From Rhodospirillaceae bacterium (GTDB taxonomy: Bacteria; Pseudomonadota; Alphaproteobacteria; Rhodospirillales; 2-02-FULL-58-16), in NCBI GenBank assembly GCA_013349695.1, contig DUZD01000001.1, positions 1 through 45,819 on the forward strand: DNA of 45,819 nt, written 5' to 3'. Positions 9,172 to 19,983 of the stretch are shown piece after piece (the first letter of the stretch is position 1; each line of letters begins with the position of its first letter). The translations under genes were made by a program, and so were the position numbers. The notes under the pieces were generated by a model that ran no database searches, was not told the origin of the DNA, and worked only from the letters and a program-made list of their open reading frames with translations.

Positions 9172-9431
9172 ACCAAGGAGCACTGATAATGACCCATAGA
9201 GATCGCGTATGCAGCCCGTCGGGTAGGAGGAAAGCCGCCGGCGATGCGGTGCATCGTCAAGGCTTTCCGACGCCCTCCGACGGGCTGCATACGCGACCGA
9301 AACGGCGGCTTCCCAAGGCTTTTGGACGGCGTCGCGCCCGCCTTACGATGCCCCGCATCGCTGCGCCGCGCGCTCCTAGCCAAAAGTCTTGGGAAGCCGT
9401 CTCTATGGGTCATTATCAATGCTCCTTGGTA
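9171..9431. mobile_element. MITE/RIME-like nested palindromic element (non-coding)
   Basis: 32-nt terminal inverted repeats (9171-9202 vs 9400-9431) match 31/32 and have TA at both ends. There are two internal hairpin modules: stems 9203-9222/9277-9296 (20/20) and 9306-9325/9380-9399 (19/20). The mirrored track ORFs both ending [10 protein letters not shown] are an artefact of the palindrome. Confidence 0.7.
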
Positions 9432-9544
9432 TCATGGCGCATCTCCGGGGCAAGGTCGGCCGTATCGGTTATCATAGGGCATGCCGGTGGGCAAGGGCCT
9501 GTGGTTATTTCGCCCGGGCTCTTACAAAAATGGAGGATTTATCG

Positions 9545-10069
9545 ATGACCGACAGGATCGCCATCGTCGAAGGCGACATCACCAAACTGCAAGTGGACGC
9601 CATCGTCAACGCCGCCAACGAATCGTTGCTCGGCGGCGGCGGCGTCGATGGCGCCATTCACCGGGCCGCCGGACCGGAGCTTGTCGAGGAATGCCGCAAA
9701 CTGGGCGGTTGCCCCACCGGCGAGGCCCGCATCACCAAAGGGTACAAGCTTCCAGCCAGCCACGTTATCCATACCGTTGGCCCGGTCTGGCAAGGCGGCG
9801 GCCAGAACGAGGACGGCTTGCTCGCCAATTGTTACCGGCACTCTTTGGGACTGGCCGTCGGTAACAATTTAACCTCGGTCGCCTTTCCGGCGATTTCCAC
9901 CGGCGTCTACCGTTTTCCCATCGAACGCGCCGCCAAAATTGCCGTCGGAATGGCGGCTAAATTCCTGGACGATAACGATAGCTTGGAGAAAGTCATCTTT
10001 TGCTGCTTCGGCCAACCCTCGGTCGAGGCCCACGAGAAGGCGCTGGCTGTTAGAAAAGCACGTCGTTGA
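9545..10069 (+). CDS. Macro-domain protein (O-acetyl-ADP-ribose deacetylase, YmdB-like)
   Basis: [43 protein letters not shown]...[13 protein letters not shown] are canonical macro-domain motifs. A GGAGG-like RBS (tggagga, 9531-9537) precedes ATG 9545. Confidence 0.9.
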   Translation: MTDRIAIVEGDITKLQVDAIVNAANESLLGGGGVDGAIHRAAGPELVEECRKLGGCPTGEARITKGYKLPASHVIHTVGPVWQGGGQNEDGLLANCYRHSLGLAVGNNLTSVAFPAISTGVYRFPIERAAKIAVGMAAKFLDDNDSLEKVIFCCFGQPSVEAHEKALAVRKARR

Positions 10070-10085
10070 TTAAACTTGAAAAACT

Positions 10086-10586
10086 CTAGTTCCGGGGCTT
10101 GAGTTCATGGGCATGGACGTTGGCGCCGCCGTTTTCCTCGAGAATGGACGCCGCTGTCCGTTCCCGGGTTTCATCCTCGGCCCGCACCCAGAGGATGATG
10201 CTTCCCGCCTCGAGTGAACGGGCGAAATCCTCGGTATGCGGCGTCGAGGTAATTTCGTCGAGCAATTCCTTGGCGGCGATGCCGGCCGTGGCGGCGCCGA
10301 CGAGCCCGGCGATGGTGGCGGCGATGGTTCCGCCGGCGAGAAAGATGGCGCCGGAAGCCACCAGCGGCCCCTCGTATTTCAATTCGCCGACCAGCGCGCT
10401 CAGCACGTCCTTCCAGGGCTCGCCCGGCTTGCCGGCGGCGTCGATGGACTGGTGCGAGCTGAGCAGGCTCAGTTCGGAGCGCTCGAAGCCGGCCGCCGTC
10501 AGCGCCGTGACCGCGGCCTCCAGGCTATCGCGGCCGGCAAACAGGCCGATCACTTCCCGCGTCGGGGTCTCGGTGGCGTCGGTCAC
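10086..10586 (-). CDS. Hypothetical protein with a central glycine-zipper hydrophobic segment
   Basis: The 166-aa ORF has coherent composition: small soluble halves flank [27 protein letters not shown]. It resembles general-stress/DUF1269-type proteins, but the family was not verified. Confidence 0.55.
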   Translation of the reverse strand: MTDATETPTREVIGLFAGRDSLEAAVTALTAAGFERSELSLLSSHQSIDAAGKPGEPWKDVLSALVGELKYEGPLVASGAIFLAGGTIAATIAGLVGAATAGIAAKELLDEITSTPHTEDFARSLEAGSIILWVRAEDETRERTAASILEENGGANVHAHELKPRN

Positions 10587-10674
10587 GGCTATACACCTTC
10601 AAGGGACAGACTCATTTCGACCATTTTGCCCTAGAAGCATGGCGATTCATAGCCCTTGTCTTATCGGCCGTGTT

Positions 10675-13452
10675 ATGGTGCGCGCCGTTAACTTTCAAGG
10701 AACCGGCCCGAACCCCAACCCAAGCGTCGTCGCCTTGCGCCAGCAGAGCCCTGACACCTCGCGTGATGCCGCCCTCCCCGCCGCCGCGGCCGGTAACGAC
10801 ACCCCCAAGACGACGCCGATGATGGACCAGTATCTGGCCGTCAAGGACAACCATCCCGATTGCTTGTTGTTCTACCGCATGGGGGATTTCTACGAGCTTT
10901 TTTTCGACGACGCGGTGACCGCGGCGAAAGCGCTGGACATCGCCCTGACCAAACGGGGCAAACATTTGGGGCGCGACATTCCGATGTGCGGAGTGCCGGT
11001 GAAAAGTCACGAGGCGTATCTGGCCAAACTCATCCGCAAGGGGTTCAGGGTCGCCGTCTGCGAACAGACCGAAGATCCGGCGGAAGCGAGAAAACGGGGG
11101 ACCAAGGCGGTCGTCCGCCGTGAAGTCGTCAGGGTGATCACCGCCGGCACGATCACCGAGGACTCGCTCTTGGATGCCCGGCGCCACAATTACCTTGCCG
11201 CCTTGGCCGAGGCGAAAGGAGCCCTGGGCCTGGCCTGGATCGACATCTCGACCGGCGCTTTTCAGACCCAGCCGGTGGAAACCAAGTTTTTGAACGCCGC
11301 CTTGGCCCGTCTGCAAGCCGGCGAGTTGCTGGTCTCCGAAGCCCTGCAACAGCGCCTGTTCGAGATCCTGAGCGATTGGAAAGACCGGCTGAGCCCGCTG
11401 CCGACGAGCCGCTTCGATAGCGAAAATGGCCGCCGCCGCCTTGAGAACCTCTTCGCCGTCAAAACCCTTGACGCTTTCGGCGACTTCTCGAGGGGCGAAC
11501 TGGCGGCGGCGGGGGCGTTGGTCGATTATGTGGAACTGGCCCAGAAAGGCCGCTTGCCGAGGCTGGCGGCGCCGGTACGCCTGGCCGGCGGCGCCGTGAT
11601 GGAAATCGACGCCGCCACCCGGCGCAACCTGGAACTCACCGAAACCCTGTCAGGCGAGCGCAAGAGCAGTCTGTTGAGCATCATTGACCGGACCGTGACC
11701 GGCGCCGGCGCCCGGCTTCTGACGTTGCGCCTGTCCGCTCCGTTGACGGACGCCGCCGCCATCGGGGGCCGCCTTGACGAGGTCCAGTTCTTCATCGAAA
11801 ACGAACGCCCGCGGGAGTCCTTGCGGGACCTGTTGAAGGCCTCGCCCGACATCGAACGGGCGCTGTCGCGGCTGACGCTGGGCCGCGGCGGCCCGAGGGA
11901 TCTGGCCGCCGTCCGCGACGGGCTGGCCTTGACCTTCGAGGTGCGTAAAACCATTCGCTCGGGCGGCCTTTCCGGCATTCCTCGCGGCATCGAATCTTCT
12001 TGCCGGGAACTGGGCCGGCACGGCGAACTCGTCGATCGGCTGGCCAGCGCCTTAAGTCCGGAATTGCCCTTGAATGCACGCGACGGCGGTTTCATCGCCA
12101 GGGGGCACGCGCCGGAACTTGACGAGCTTATCGCCCTTCGCGATGAAAGCCGGCGCCTGGTCGCCAACCTGCAAAGCCGTTACGCCGCCGAGACCGGCGT
12201 TCAGTCCCTCAAGATCCGCCACAACAACGTGCTCGGTTATTTTATCGAGGTTGCGTCCAAGCAGGCGGACAAGGTGGCGTCCGGGCCCGAAGATCCCTTC
12301 ATCCACCGCCAGACCATGGCCAGCGCGGTGCGTTACAGCACCGTCGAACTGGGCGAGCTGGAAGCACGCATCGCCACCGCCGCCGAGCGGGCCTTGGCCG
12401 TGGAACTCAAATTGTTCGACGGCCTGGTCGGCGAGGTGGCGCGGCATTCGGAGCCGGTGGCCGCCGCCGCCGCCGCCCTCGCCGGGCTCGACCTGGCTTC
12501 CGCCCTGGCCCGGTTGGCGGTCGACCGGCGCTATTGCCGGCCGGCGTTGGATGACGGTCTCGGTTTCGAAATCAAGGCGGGACGCCACGCGGTGGTGGAA
12601 GCCGCCCTCGAGGAAAGCCAGGAAGGGACCTTCGTCGCCAACGACTGCCGCTTGGGCGGCGGCGACGGCGACGACGATGGCGACGGGCGTCTTTGGTTGC
12701 TCACCGGCCCCAACATGGCGGGCAAGAGCACCTTTTTGCGGCAAAACGCGCTGATCGTTCTGATGGCGCAAATGGGCTGTTACGTGCCGGCCGAGAGTGC
12801 GCGGATCGGCGTCGTCGACCGCCTGTTCTCGCGGGTCGGAGCGGCCGACGACCTGGCGCGCGGGCGCTCGACCTTCATGGTGGAAATGGTGGAAACCGCC
12901 GCCATCCTCAACCAGGCCGGCCAGAAGGCCTTGGTGATCCTGGATGAAATCGGCCGCGGAACGGCGACTTTCGACGGTCTTTCCATTGCCTGGGCGGTGG
13001 TCGAGCACTTACTCGATATCAACCGCTGCCGGGCCCTGTTCGCCACCCACTATCACGAACTGACGCCATTGGCGGCGAAGCTTCCCGGCCTTTCCTGCCA
13101 TACCATGAAGGTCAAGGAATGGCGGGGCGACGTGGTGTTCCTGCACGAAGTCGGCGGCGGCGCCGCCGACCGCTCTTACGGCATCCACGTCGGGCAGTTG
13201 GCGGGTTTGCCGGCGGCTGTCGTCAAGCGGGCGGAACAGGTATTGGAAACCATCGAGAAAGGCCAACAGTCATCGGCGGTGACGCGGCTGGCCGACGACC
13301 TGCCGCTGTTCGCGGCGGCCGAGGATCAGGCGGCCGCCGCCAAAGGCCCCTCGCCGGTCGAGGCGGCGCTGGCCGAGGTCCAGGCCGACGAACTGACGCC
13401 GCGCCAAGCCCTTGACTTGCTCTACCGGCTGATAGAACTGTCAAGGGAATGA
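10675..13452 (+). CDS. mutS: DNA mismatch repair protein MutS
   Basis: [34 protein letters not shown]... and Walker [18 protein letters not shown]. The track ORF start at 10099 is antisense read-through of the neighbouring gene. ATG 10675 was chosen; ATG 10639 is an alternative. Confidence 0.95.
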   Translation: MVRAVNFQGTGPNPNPSVVALRQQSPDTSRDAALPAAAAGNDTPKTTPMMDQYLAVKDNHPDCLLFYRMGDFYELFFDDAVTAAKALDIALTKRGKHLGRDIPMCGVPVKSHEAYLAKLIRKGFRVAVCEQTEDPAEARKRGTKAVVRREVVRVITAGTITEDSLLDARRHNYLAALAEAKGALGLAWIDISTGAFQTQPVETKFLNAALARLQAGELLVSEALQQRLFEILSDWKDRLSPLPTSRFDSENGRRRLENLFAVKTLDAFGDFSRGELAAAGALVDYVELAQKGRLPRLAAPVRLAGGAVMEIDAATRRNLELTETLSGERKSSLLSIIDRTVTGAGARLLTLRLSAPLTDAAAIGGRLDEVQFFIENERPRESLRDLLKASPDIERALSRLTLGRGGPRDLAAVRDGLALTFEVRKTIRSGGLSGIPRGIESSCRELGRHGELVDRLASALSPELPLNARDGGFIARGHAPELDELIALRDESRRLVANLQSRYAAETGVQSLKIRHNNVLGYFIEVASKQADKVASGPEDPFIHRQTMASAVRYSTVELGELEARIATAAERALAVELKLFDGLVGEVARHSEPVAAAAAALAGLDLASALARLAVDRRYCRPALDDGLGFEIKAGRHAVVEAALEESQEGTFVANDCRLGGGDGDDDGDGRLWLLTGPNMAGKSTFLRQNALIVLMAQMGCYVPAESARIGVVDRLFSRVGAADDLARGRSTFMVEMVETAAILNQAGQKALVILDEIGRGTATFDGLSIAWAVVEHLLDINRCRALFATHYHELTPLAAKLPGLSCHTMKVKEWRGDVVFLHEVGGGAADRSYGIHVGQLAGLPAAVVKRAEQVLETIEKGQQSSAVTRLADDLPLFAAAEDQAAAAKGPSPVEAALAEVQADELTPRQALDLLYRLIELSRE

Positions 13453-13557
13453 CGCCGCCGAGACGAACCTTGCCGAGGCCTGTATTTCCCCAAGAAAGAA
13501 GAGGTGCGGAGCCCATGGGCGGTTTATATAAATAGCCAACGAGGTTTTGCATCAGCC

Positions 13558-16314
13558 ATGGCCAACATTCGCAATCGGCGCGATATCGTTGACGTCGAGG
13601 CCCTCAAGGGCGAACTCGAGGGCCTGGTCGGCTGGTCCGGCTATACCTCTAAAACGCGAACGAAAGTGCTGGAAATTTTCAAAGCGGCGCTGCGCGGCGG
13701 CGACAACGAAATCCGCCGACGCTTCGAGCATGACGCCGCCGCCGGCTCCGAGGTGGTCCACTTTCGGGCTTTTCTCGCCGACCGGATCATCCGTGCCATC
13801 CATGATTTTGTTCTCGAGTACGTTTATCCCGTCGCCAACCCAACCACGGGCGAGCTGATTTCGATCGTCGCCACCGGCGGTTACGGCCGCGGCGAGCTGG
13901 CGCCCTATTCGGACATCGATCTGATGTTCCTGCTGCCTTACAAACGGCCCCCACATACCGAGCAGATGGTCGAGTACATGCTCTACATGCTCTGGGATTT
14001 GGGGCTCAAGGTGGGCCATGCCACCCGTTCCATCGATGATGTTGTTCGCTTGGCCTTGCGCGACACGACCATCCGTACCAGCCTGTTGGAAGCGCGTCTG
14101 CTGTTGGGGGACGAGGCGTTGTTCCGTCAATTCAAAGAACGTTTCACCAGCGAAGTTGTTTCCAAACGTGGCGCCGCTTTCGTCGAGGCCAAGCTGGCCG
14201 AACGGAACGCCCGCCACGAGAGGATGGGGGACACCCGCTACGTGCTGGAACCCAATATCAAGGAAGGCAAGGGGGGGTTGAGGGATTTGCAGACCCTGTT
14301 CTGGATCGGCAAGTTTCTCTATCGGGTGGACGACGTGGACGGCTTGGTGAAGCGGGGCGTGTTGACGCCCGTGGATGCTTATCGATTCAACAAGGCGCAA
14401 AATTTCCTGTGGACGGTGCGCTGCCATCTGCATTACCTGAGCGGACGGCCGGAAGAGCGTCTGACCTTCAACGTGCAGGACGAGATCGGCCGCCGCATGG
14501 CCTATCGGAACCATGCCGGCACGCGCGGGGTCGAGAGGTTCATGAAGCATTATTTTCTGGTCGCCAAGGACGTCGGCGACCTGACCCGCGTTCTCTGCGC
14601 CGTCCTCGAGGAACAACATAAAAAACGCCGCTTCCGTCTACCGTCGTTTTCCTTCCTGAAACCCAACATTGACGGTTTCGAAATCGATGGCGACCGCCTG
14701 ACGGTGGCCAGCGAAGATGCTTTCGCCAAGGATCCGGTCAAACTGATCCGCCTGTTTCACGAGGCGCAACGCCACCGCCTCGACATCCACCCCAAGGCTC
14801 TGCGCCTGGTCGACCAGAACCTGAAACTGATCGACGGCGAATTTCGCTCCAACCCGGAAGCCAACCGTTTGTTCATGGACATCCTTTGCGCCGACGAGGA
14901 TCCGGAAACAGCGCTCAAGCGCCTCAACGAAGCCGGCGTCCTGGGCCGGTTCATCCCCGATTTCGGGCGCGTCGTCGCGCAGATGCAATACGACATGTAC
15001 CACGTCTATACGGTGGACGAACACACCATCCGCGCCATCGGCATCCTCCACCAGACCAACAAGGACCCGTTGAAAAAAGATTATCCCATCGCCAGTTCCG
15101 AGGTCGGCGAAACCCAGTCCCGGCGGGCGCTTTATCTGGCCGTGCTCCTGCACGACATCGCCAAGGGCCGCGGCGGCGACCATTCGCGGATCGGCGCCGG
15201 GCTGGCCGAAAAGCTGGGACGGCGTTTCGGCATGAACGACTGGGAAACGGAAACGGCCTCCTGGTTGGTGCTCCACCACCTGGCGATGAGCGCCACCGCC
15301 TTCAAACGCGATCTCGACGATCCCAAAACCGTCAGCGATTTCGTCGCTCTCGTTCAATCCCCGGAACGGTTGCGGTTGCTGCTGATCCTGACCATTGCCG
15401 ACATCAAGGCGGTGGGACCGGGCATCTGGAATGGATGGAAGGCGGGACTTTTGCGGCAACTTTACAACCGCGCCCATGAGAAAATGTCGGGCGGGCTGCC
15501 CACGGAACTGCGCGACCAGCGGGTTGAAGCCGCTAAAGGCGCGCTGCGCGAAAAACTTTCCGGCTGGGCCGAAAGCGAAGTGCAAAAGCACATCGCCAAA
15601 GGCTATCCGCAATATTGGCTGGCCTTCGATCCCGACACCCACCTCCGCCATGCCCTTTTGATGCATGAAGCCGAGACGATGAACAAGGCCCTGCAAATCG
15701 AGACCCGCGTCGACCATACCCACGACGTCACCGAGGCCATCATCCACACTCCCGACCATCCGGGGCTGTTTGCGCAAATCGCCGGCGCCATGTCGCTCAG
15801 CGGCGCCTCCATCGTTGATGCCAAGATCATGACCCTGGCCAACGGAATGGCGCTTGATACCTTCTGGATACAGGATTCGCGCGGCGGCGCTTTCGCCAGC
15901 CAGAGGCGGCTGCAAAAGCTCTCGGGGCTGATCGGCGAGGCGCTTTCCGGCAAGATATACATGGCCAGGGACTTGAGAGCCCTCCGCCGCCGCGCCCTGC
16001 CCGGACGCGCCCAGGTTTTCAAGGTGCCGCCCAGGGTGGTGGTGGACAACAAGGCCAGCGCCAAGCACACGGTCATCGAGGTCAACGGCCGCGACCGGCC
16101 GGGATTCCTCCACGACGTAACCGCCCAACTGACGGCTCTCGGCTTACAAATCGTCAGCGCCCATATCTCCACTTACGGCGAGCGCGTGGTCGACGTCTTT
16201 TACGTCAAGGATGTTTTCGGCCTGAAAGTGGAGCACGAGGATAAACTCAAGGAAATCGATCAACGGCTCACGGCGGCCATCGCCCCGGCCGCCGACGATG
16301 TGGCGGCGGAGTAA
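13558..16314 (+). CDS. glnD: Bifunctional [protein-PII] uridylyltransferase/uridylyl-removing enzyme
   Basis: Nucleotidyltransferase (GGYGRGELAPYSDIDLMFL), HD domain (LLHDIAKG) and two C-terminal ACT-like segments. ATG at 13558 (MANIRNRRD). Confidence 0.95.
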   Translation: MANIRNRRDIVDVEALKGELEGLVGWSGYTSKTRTKVLEIFKAALRGGDNEIRRRFEHDAAAGSEVVHFRAFLADRIIRAIHDFVLEYVYPVANPTTGELISIVATGGYGRGELAPYSDIDLMFLLPYKRPPHTEQMVEYMLYMLWDLGLKVGHATRSIDDVVRLALRDTTIRTSLLEARLLLGDEALFRQFKERFTSEVVSKRGAAFVEAKLAERNARHERMGDTRYVLEPNIKEGKGGLRDLQTLFWIGKFLYRVDDVDGLVKRGVLTPVDAYRFNKAQNFLWTVRCHLHYLSGRPEERLTFNVQDEIGRRMAYRNHAGTRGVERFMKHYFLVAKDVGDLTRVLCAVLEEQHKKRRFRLPSFSFLKPNIDGFEIDGDRLTVASEDAFAKDPVKLIRLFHEAQRHRLDIHPKALRLVDQNLKLIDGEFRSNPEANRLFMDILCADEDPETALKRLNEAGVLGRFIPDFGRVVAQMQYDMYHVYTVDEHTIRAIGILHQTNKDPLKKDYPIASSEVGETQSRRALYLAVLLHDIAKGRGGDHSRIGAGLAEKLGRRFGMNDWETETASWLVLHHLAMSATAFKRDLDDPKTVSDFVALVQSPERLRLLLILTIADIKAVGPGIWNGWKAGLLRQLYNRAHEKMSGGLPTELRDQRVEAAKGALREKLSGWAESEVQKHIAKGYPQYWLAFDPDTHLRHALLMHEAETMNKALQIETRVDHTHDVTEAIIHTPDHPGLFAQIAGAMSLSGASIVDAKIMTLANGMALDTFWIQDSRGGAFASQRRLQKLSGLIGEALSGKIYMARDLRALRRRALPGRAQVFKVPPRVVVDNKASAKHTVIEVNGRDRPGFLHDVTAQLTALGLQIVSAHISTYGERVVDVFYVKDVFGLKVEHEDKLKEIDQRLTAAIAPAADDVAAE

Positions 16315-16407
16315 TCCGGCTTTTGGATCCGCAGCCATCGGAGCGGCGCCCGCCGCCGGCATCATGTCCGTCTTTTTGGCGCCATAAAAAACCGTTAGGC
16401 CAGCGAT

Positions 16408-17961
16408 ATGAATTTGCCGCGTTCCATCGCCACCATCGGCGGAATGACCATGATCAGCCGCGTCCTTGGCTTCGTGCGCGACATTCTGATCGCCGCCGTT
16501 CTCGGCGCCGGAATGCTCGCCGATGTCTTTTTCGTCGCTTTCAAGTTTCCCAACCTGTTCCGCCGCCTCTTCGCCGAAGGCGCCTTCAACATGGCCTTCG
16601 TGCCGATTTTTACCGGGATTCTTGAAACCGACGGCAAGGACAGGGCGCGCCTTTTCGCCGGGCAGGCTTTGAGTTTGCTCGCCTGGACGCTGCTCTGTTT
16701 CGTTGTCGCCATCGAAATCGCCATGCCTTGGGTGATGGTCGGCTTCGCGCCGGGGTTTGTTTCGGAGCCGGTTAAATTCGCTCTCGCGGTCGATCTCGCC
16801 CGCGTCACCTTCCCCTATCTTTTGCTGATATCCCTGGTTTCGCTAATGGCCGGGGTCCTCAATTCGCTCGGCCGCTTCGCGGCGGCGGCGGCGACGCCGA
16901 TCCTGTTGAACCTTTGCATGATCGGGGCCATCCTCGGGTTGGCTCGGTGGATGGAAACGCCGGCTCACGCCCTGGCCTGGGGCGTCGCCGGCGCCGGCGC
17001 CGCGCAGTTCGTTTGGCTGTTCGTCCACTGCCTCCGCGCCGGCATGCGGTTGCGCCTGGGCCGCCCGCGCCTGACACCAAAAATCAAGCTGCTGGTCAGG
17101 CGCATCCTGCCGGCGGCGGTGGGGGCGGGGATTTACCAGATCAACCTGCTGGTCGACACCATCATCGCCTCGCTGTTGCCGGCGGGCTCCATCTCATACC
17201 TGTTCTATGCCGACCGGGTGAACCAATTGCCGCTGGGCGTCGTCGGCGTCGCCGTCGGCACGGCGCTGCTGCCGCTTTTATCCAGGCAGGTGAAGGCGGG
17301 CGAGACGGGCGCCGCCATGCACAGCCAGAACCGGGCCTTGGAGGTTTCGTTCCTGCTCGCCTTGCCGGCGGCGGCGGCGCTGATGGTTATCGCCGAACCG
17401 ATCGCCGTCGTCCTCTTCCAACGCGGCGCCTTCGGCGTCCAGGAAGCCAAGGCAACCGCCGCGGCGCTGGCCGTCTACGCCACCGGGCTGCCGGCCTATG
17501 TGCTGGTCAAGACCCTGGCGCCCGGGTTTTTCGCCCGCCAGGACACAGTGACGCCGGTCAAGGTGGCGGCAATCAGCATGATCGCTAACCTGGTCCTCAA
17601 TCTCTTGTTGATGGTGCCGTTCAAGCATGTCGGCATCGCCGCCGCGACGGCGGCCTCGGCTTGGCTCAACGCCGGGCTGCTGGCGCTGATCCTAAAAAAA
17701 AGGGGGCTTTTGCGGACCGATCGGCGCCTCCGGGAAAGGTTGCCGCGGACGCTCGCCGCCGCCGCCGGCATGGCGGCTGTCCTGGTGCTGGGCCAATGGG
17801 CTCTCGCCGGCGCCTTGAGCGGCGGCGAAGCCGGACGGATCGCCGCCCTGGCGGCGCTGGTGGCGTTGGGGCTGGTCGTTTTCGGCCTTTTGGCGCAACT
17901 TGCCGGCGCCGCCACCCTGGCGGACTTCAAGAGCCTGCTCGGCGGCAAGAAGGCGGCTTGA
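16408..17961 (+). CDS. murJ: Lipid II flippase MurJ (MviN)
   Basis: ISRVLGFVRDILIAAVLGAGMLADVFFVAFKFPNLFRRLFAEGAFNMAFVPIF is the conserved MurJ N-terminus. The protein is polytopic. Confidence 0.95.
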   Translation: MNLPRSIATIGGMTMISRVLGFVRDILIAAVLGAGMLADVFFVAFKFPNLFRRLFAEGAFNMAFVPIFTGILETDGKDRARLFAGQALSLLAWTLLCFVVAIEIAMPWVMVGFAPGFVSEPVKFALAVDLARVTFPYLLLISLVSLMAGVLNSLGRFAAAAATPILLNLCMIGAILGLARWMETPAHALAWGVAGAGAAQFVWLFVHCLRAGMRLRLGRPRLTPKIKLLVRRILPAAVGAGIYQINLLVDTIIASLLPAGSISYLFYADRVNQLPLGVVGVAVGTALLPLLSRQVKAGETGAAMHSQNRALEVSFLLALPAAAALMVIAEPIAVVLFQRGAFGVQEAKATAAALAVYATGLPAYVLVKTLAPGFFARQDTVTPVKVAAISMIANLVLNLLLMVPFKHVGIAAATAASAWLNAGLLALILKKRGLLRTDRRLRERLPRTLAAAAGMAAVLVLGQWALAGALSGGEAGRIAALAALVALGLVVFGLLAQLAGAATLADFKSLLGGKKAA

Positions 17962-18019
17962 CCAAGTGACTAGAAGCCCATAAAACCGCCGCTTTCACAT
18001 GTCATGGACGAGCCGGAGC

Positions 18020-19018
18020 ATGAAACGCATCTTCTCGGGCGTGCAGCCAACGGGAAATCTGCACCTCGGAAATTATCTCGGCGCCATACGCAACTGGGTG
18101 AAACTGCAAGACGAATTCGACTGTCTTTACTGTATTGTCGATTTGCACGCGGTGACGGTTTGGCGGAAGCCCGAGGAACTGACCGCCAACACCCGCGAGG
18201 TCGCCGCCGGGTTGTTGGCCGCCGGACTTGATGGCAAGCGCAACATCATCTTTAACCAGAGCCAGGTTCCGGGACATTCGGAACTGGCTTGGATATTCAA
18301 CTGCGTGGCCCGCTTGGGTTGGCTCAACCGGATGACCCAATTCAAGGAAAAGGCCGGCAAGAACAAGGAAAACGCTTCCGTCGGCCTGTTTGCCTATCCC
18401 AATCTGATGGCCGCCGACATCCTCCTTTACAAAGCCACCCATGTGCCTGTTGGCGAGGATCAGAAACAGCATCTGGAACTCGCCCGCGACATCGCCCAGA
18501 AGTTCAACAACGATTTCGGCGTCGATTTTTTCCCGGAAGTGGAACCGCTGATTTTCGGCACCGCGACGCGAGTCATGAGCTTGCGCGACGGGACGAAAAA
18601 AATGAGCAAGTCCGACCCGTCGGACTATTCCCGCATCAACATGACCGATAACGCCGACGCCATCGCCAAGAAAATCCGCAAAGCCAAAACCGATCCCCAA
18701 AGCCTGCCCGCGAACGTCGAGAAATTCGATGCCCGTCCCGAGGCGGCCAACCTCATGGGCCTTTACGCGGCCTTGTCGGAAACGTCCATCGAAGACGTTT
18801 GCAACCGTTTCGGCGGCGGAGAGTTCTCCGCGTTCAAAAAGCAGCTGGCGGATTTGGCGGTCGCCAAACTCGTTCCCATCGGGGAGCGGATGAGACGGCT
18901 CATGGAAGACCCGGCGGAGGTCGATAGAGTGCTCGCCCAGGGAGGCCGGCGGGCGCGCCAACTGGCCGAGCCGACACTGAAGGAAATCCAGGATGTTGTC
19001 GGTTTCCTCCGTCCTTGA
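18020..19018 (+). CDS. trpS: Tryptophan--tRNA ligase
   Basis: [23 protein letters not shown] (HIGH-type motif) and KMSKS (KKMSKSD). Confidence 0.95.
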   Translation: MKRIFSGVQPTGNLHLGNYLGAIRNWVKLQDEFDCLYCIVDLHAVTVWRKPEELTANTREVAAGLLAAGLDGKRNIIFNQSQVPGHSELAWIFNCVARLGWLNRMTQFKEKAGKNKENASVGLFAYPNLMAADILLYKATHVPVGEDQKQHLELARDIAQKFNNDFGVDFFPEVEPLIFGTATRVMSLRDGTKKMSKSDPSDYSRINMTDNADAIAKKIRKAKTDPQSLPANVEKFDARPEAANLMGLYAALSETSIEDVCNRFGGGEFSAFKKQLADLAVAKLVPIGERMRRLMEDPAEVDRVLAQGGRRARQLAEPTLKEIQDVVGFLRP

Positions 19019-19104
19019 TCTTTGCCGGTTTTAGCCCCATTTTGATTCCAGACATTAGATCAAGCCGCTGCTCGCCAAATGACCCGATAGGGATGAGGTA
19101 AAAG

Positions 19105-19659
19105 ATGTTTATTCAGACCGAAAGCACCCCCAATCCGGCAACTCTGAAATTTCTCCCCGGCGGCCAAGTCTTGGAAAAGGGTTCGGCCAATTTCGCGGAC
19201 CCGGAGGCGGCGCGGCGTTCGCCTCTGGCCGAGCGGCTGTTTCAGACCGCGGGGGTGGTAAATGTTTTCCTGGGATCCGATTTCATCACCGTGACAAAAA
19301 CCGACGAAAAGGACTGGGATGTTCTTAAGCCTTTGATCCTGGAGGCCATCATGGAGCATTTCACGGCGGGAAAACCGGTCATGGTGGCGCATACCGCCGG
19401 GGAAAGCGGCGATGGCAGCGATTCCGGCGGCGCCATCGAAACCCAGATCAAAGAGCTTCTGGACACCCGGGTGCGGCCGGCGGTGGCCCAGGACGGCGGC
19501 GACATCGTTTTCAGGGAATTCAAGGACGGCGTCGTCTATTTGGAAATGTTTGGCGCCTGCTCCGGCTGCCCCAGTTCGGCAATGACCCTGAAAGACGGCA
19601 TCGAGAACCTGCTCAAACACTATATCCCGGAGGTCACGGAAGTCCGGGCCTTGGAATAA
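19105..19659 (+). CDS. NifU/Nfu-family Fe-S cluster assembly protein
   Basis: MFIQTESTPNPATLKFLPG (Nfu N-terminal domain) and the C-terminal GACSGCPSS CxxC motif. RBS gatgaggta lies upstream. Confidence 0.9.
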   Translation: MFIQTESTPNPATLKFLPGGQVLEKGSANFADPEAARRSPLAERLFQTAGVVNVFLGSDFITVTKTDEKDWDVLKPLILEAIMEHFTAGKPVMVAHTAGESGDGSDSGGAIETQIKELLDTRVRPAVAQDGGDIVFREFKDGVVYLEMFGACSGCPSSAMTLKDGIENLLKHYIPEVTEVRALE

Positions 19660-19821
19660 TTCGCCAAGCCACATTTTTTGGCGGCCGGTTTTGATGGCCG
19701 ATATCGATCTCCGATTATTTGTCTGGCGGGTTCATTCGGGCCGCGGAAGTCCCCTATTTTCTCTTCTGTTCACATGATGAACGCCGGAAAATTTCCCTTC
19801 GTTCTTGCCTGAATTTTTTTG

Positions 19822-19983
19822 TTTTGGCTTTAATTTTGGCTATGTCACTCTAACTGTGTTGTTAATATTTTCAAATCAAGATATTGTTATTGACTCCTTT
19901 GTTTGGAGGCGATACTACGCTAGATGTTGGGGGCTGGCAGCTATCAACAATTTAATGTGACATAGCCTTAATTTTTGCCAAAG
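19822..19983. repeat. 27-nt imperfect inverted-repeat pair bounding ~160 bp of AT-rich DNA
   Basis: ttttggctttaattttggctatgtcac (19822-19848) vs the reverse complement of gtgacatagccttaatttttgccaaag (19957-19983) matches 21/27. The perfect 11-nt core is ggctatgtcac. Confidence 0.5.

Noticed and set aside
9168-9548. Mirror-image ORFs of 83 aa (-) and 119 aa (+), both containing [10 protein letters not shown].
   Set aside because: The shared peptide is simply the terminal inverted repeat of the palindromic element read on both strands, not a duplicated gene.
12655-12687. A G/D-rich low-complexity insert ([11 protein letters not shown]) just before the MutS Walker A motif, and a (GCC)6 run in miaB (25771-25788).
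   Set aside because: These are short in-frame simple repeats in loop regions, common in GC-rich genomes. There is no evidence of function or instability from a single sequence.
14638-16128. Very long antisense ORFs: 496 aa inside glnD, and similarly 40593-41978 in pnp, 21215-22348 opposite the deacetylase, 12052-13008 in mutS, 29434-30645 in lnt, and 18002-18961 in trpS.
   Set aside because: Their translations are Arg/Gly/Ala/Pro-rich low complexity with no recognisable motifs. The opposite strand encodes unmistakable conserved proteins. This is a typical stop-codon-poor artefact of high-GC DNA.
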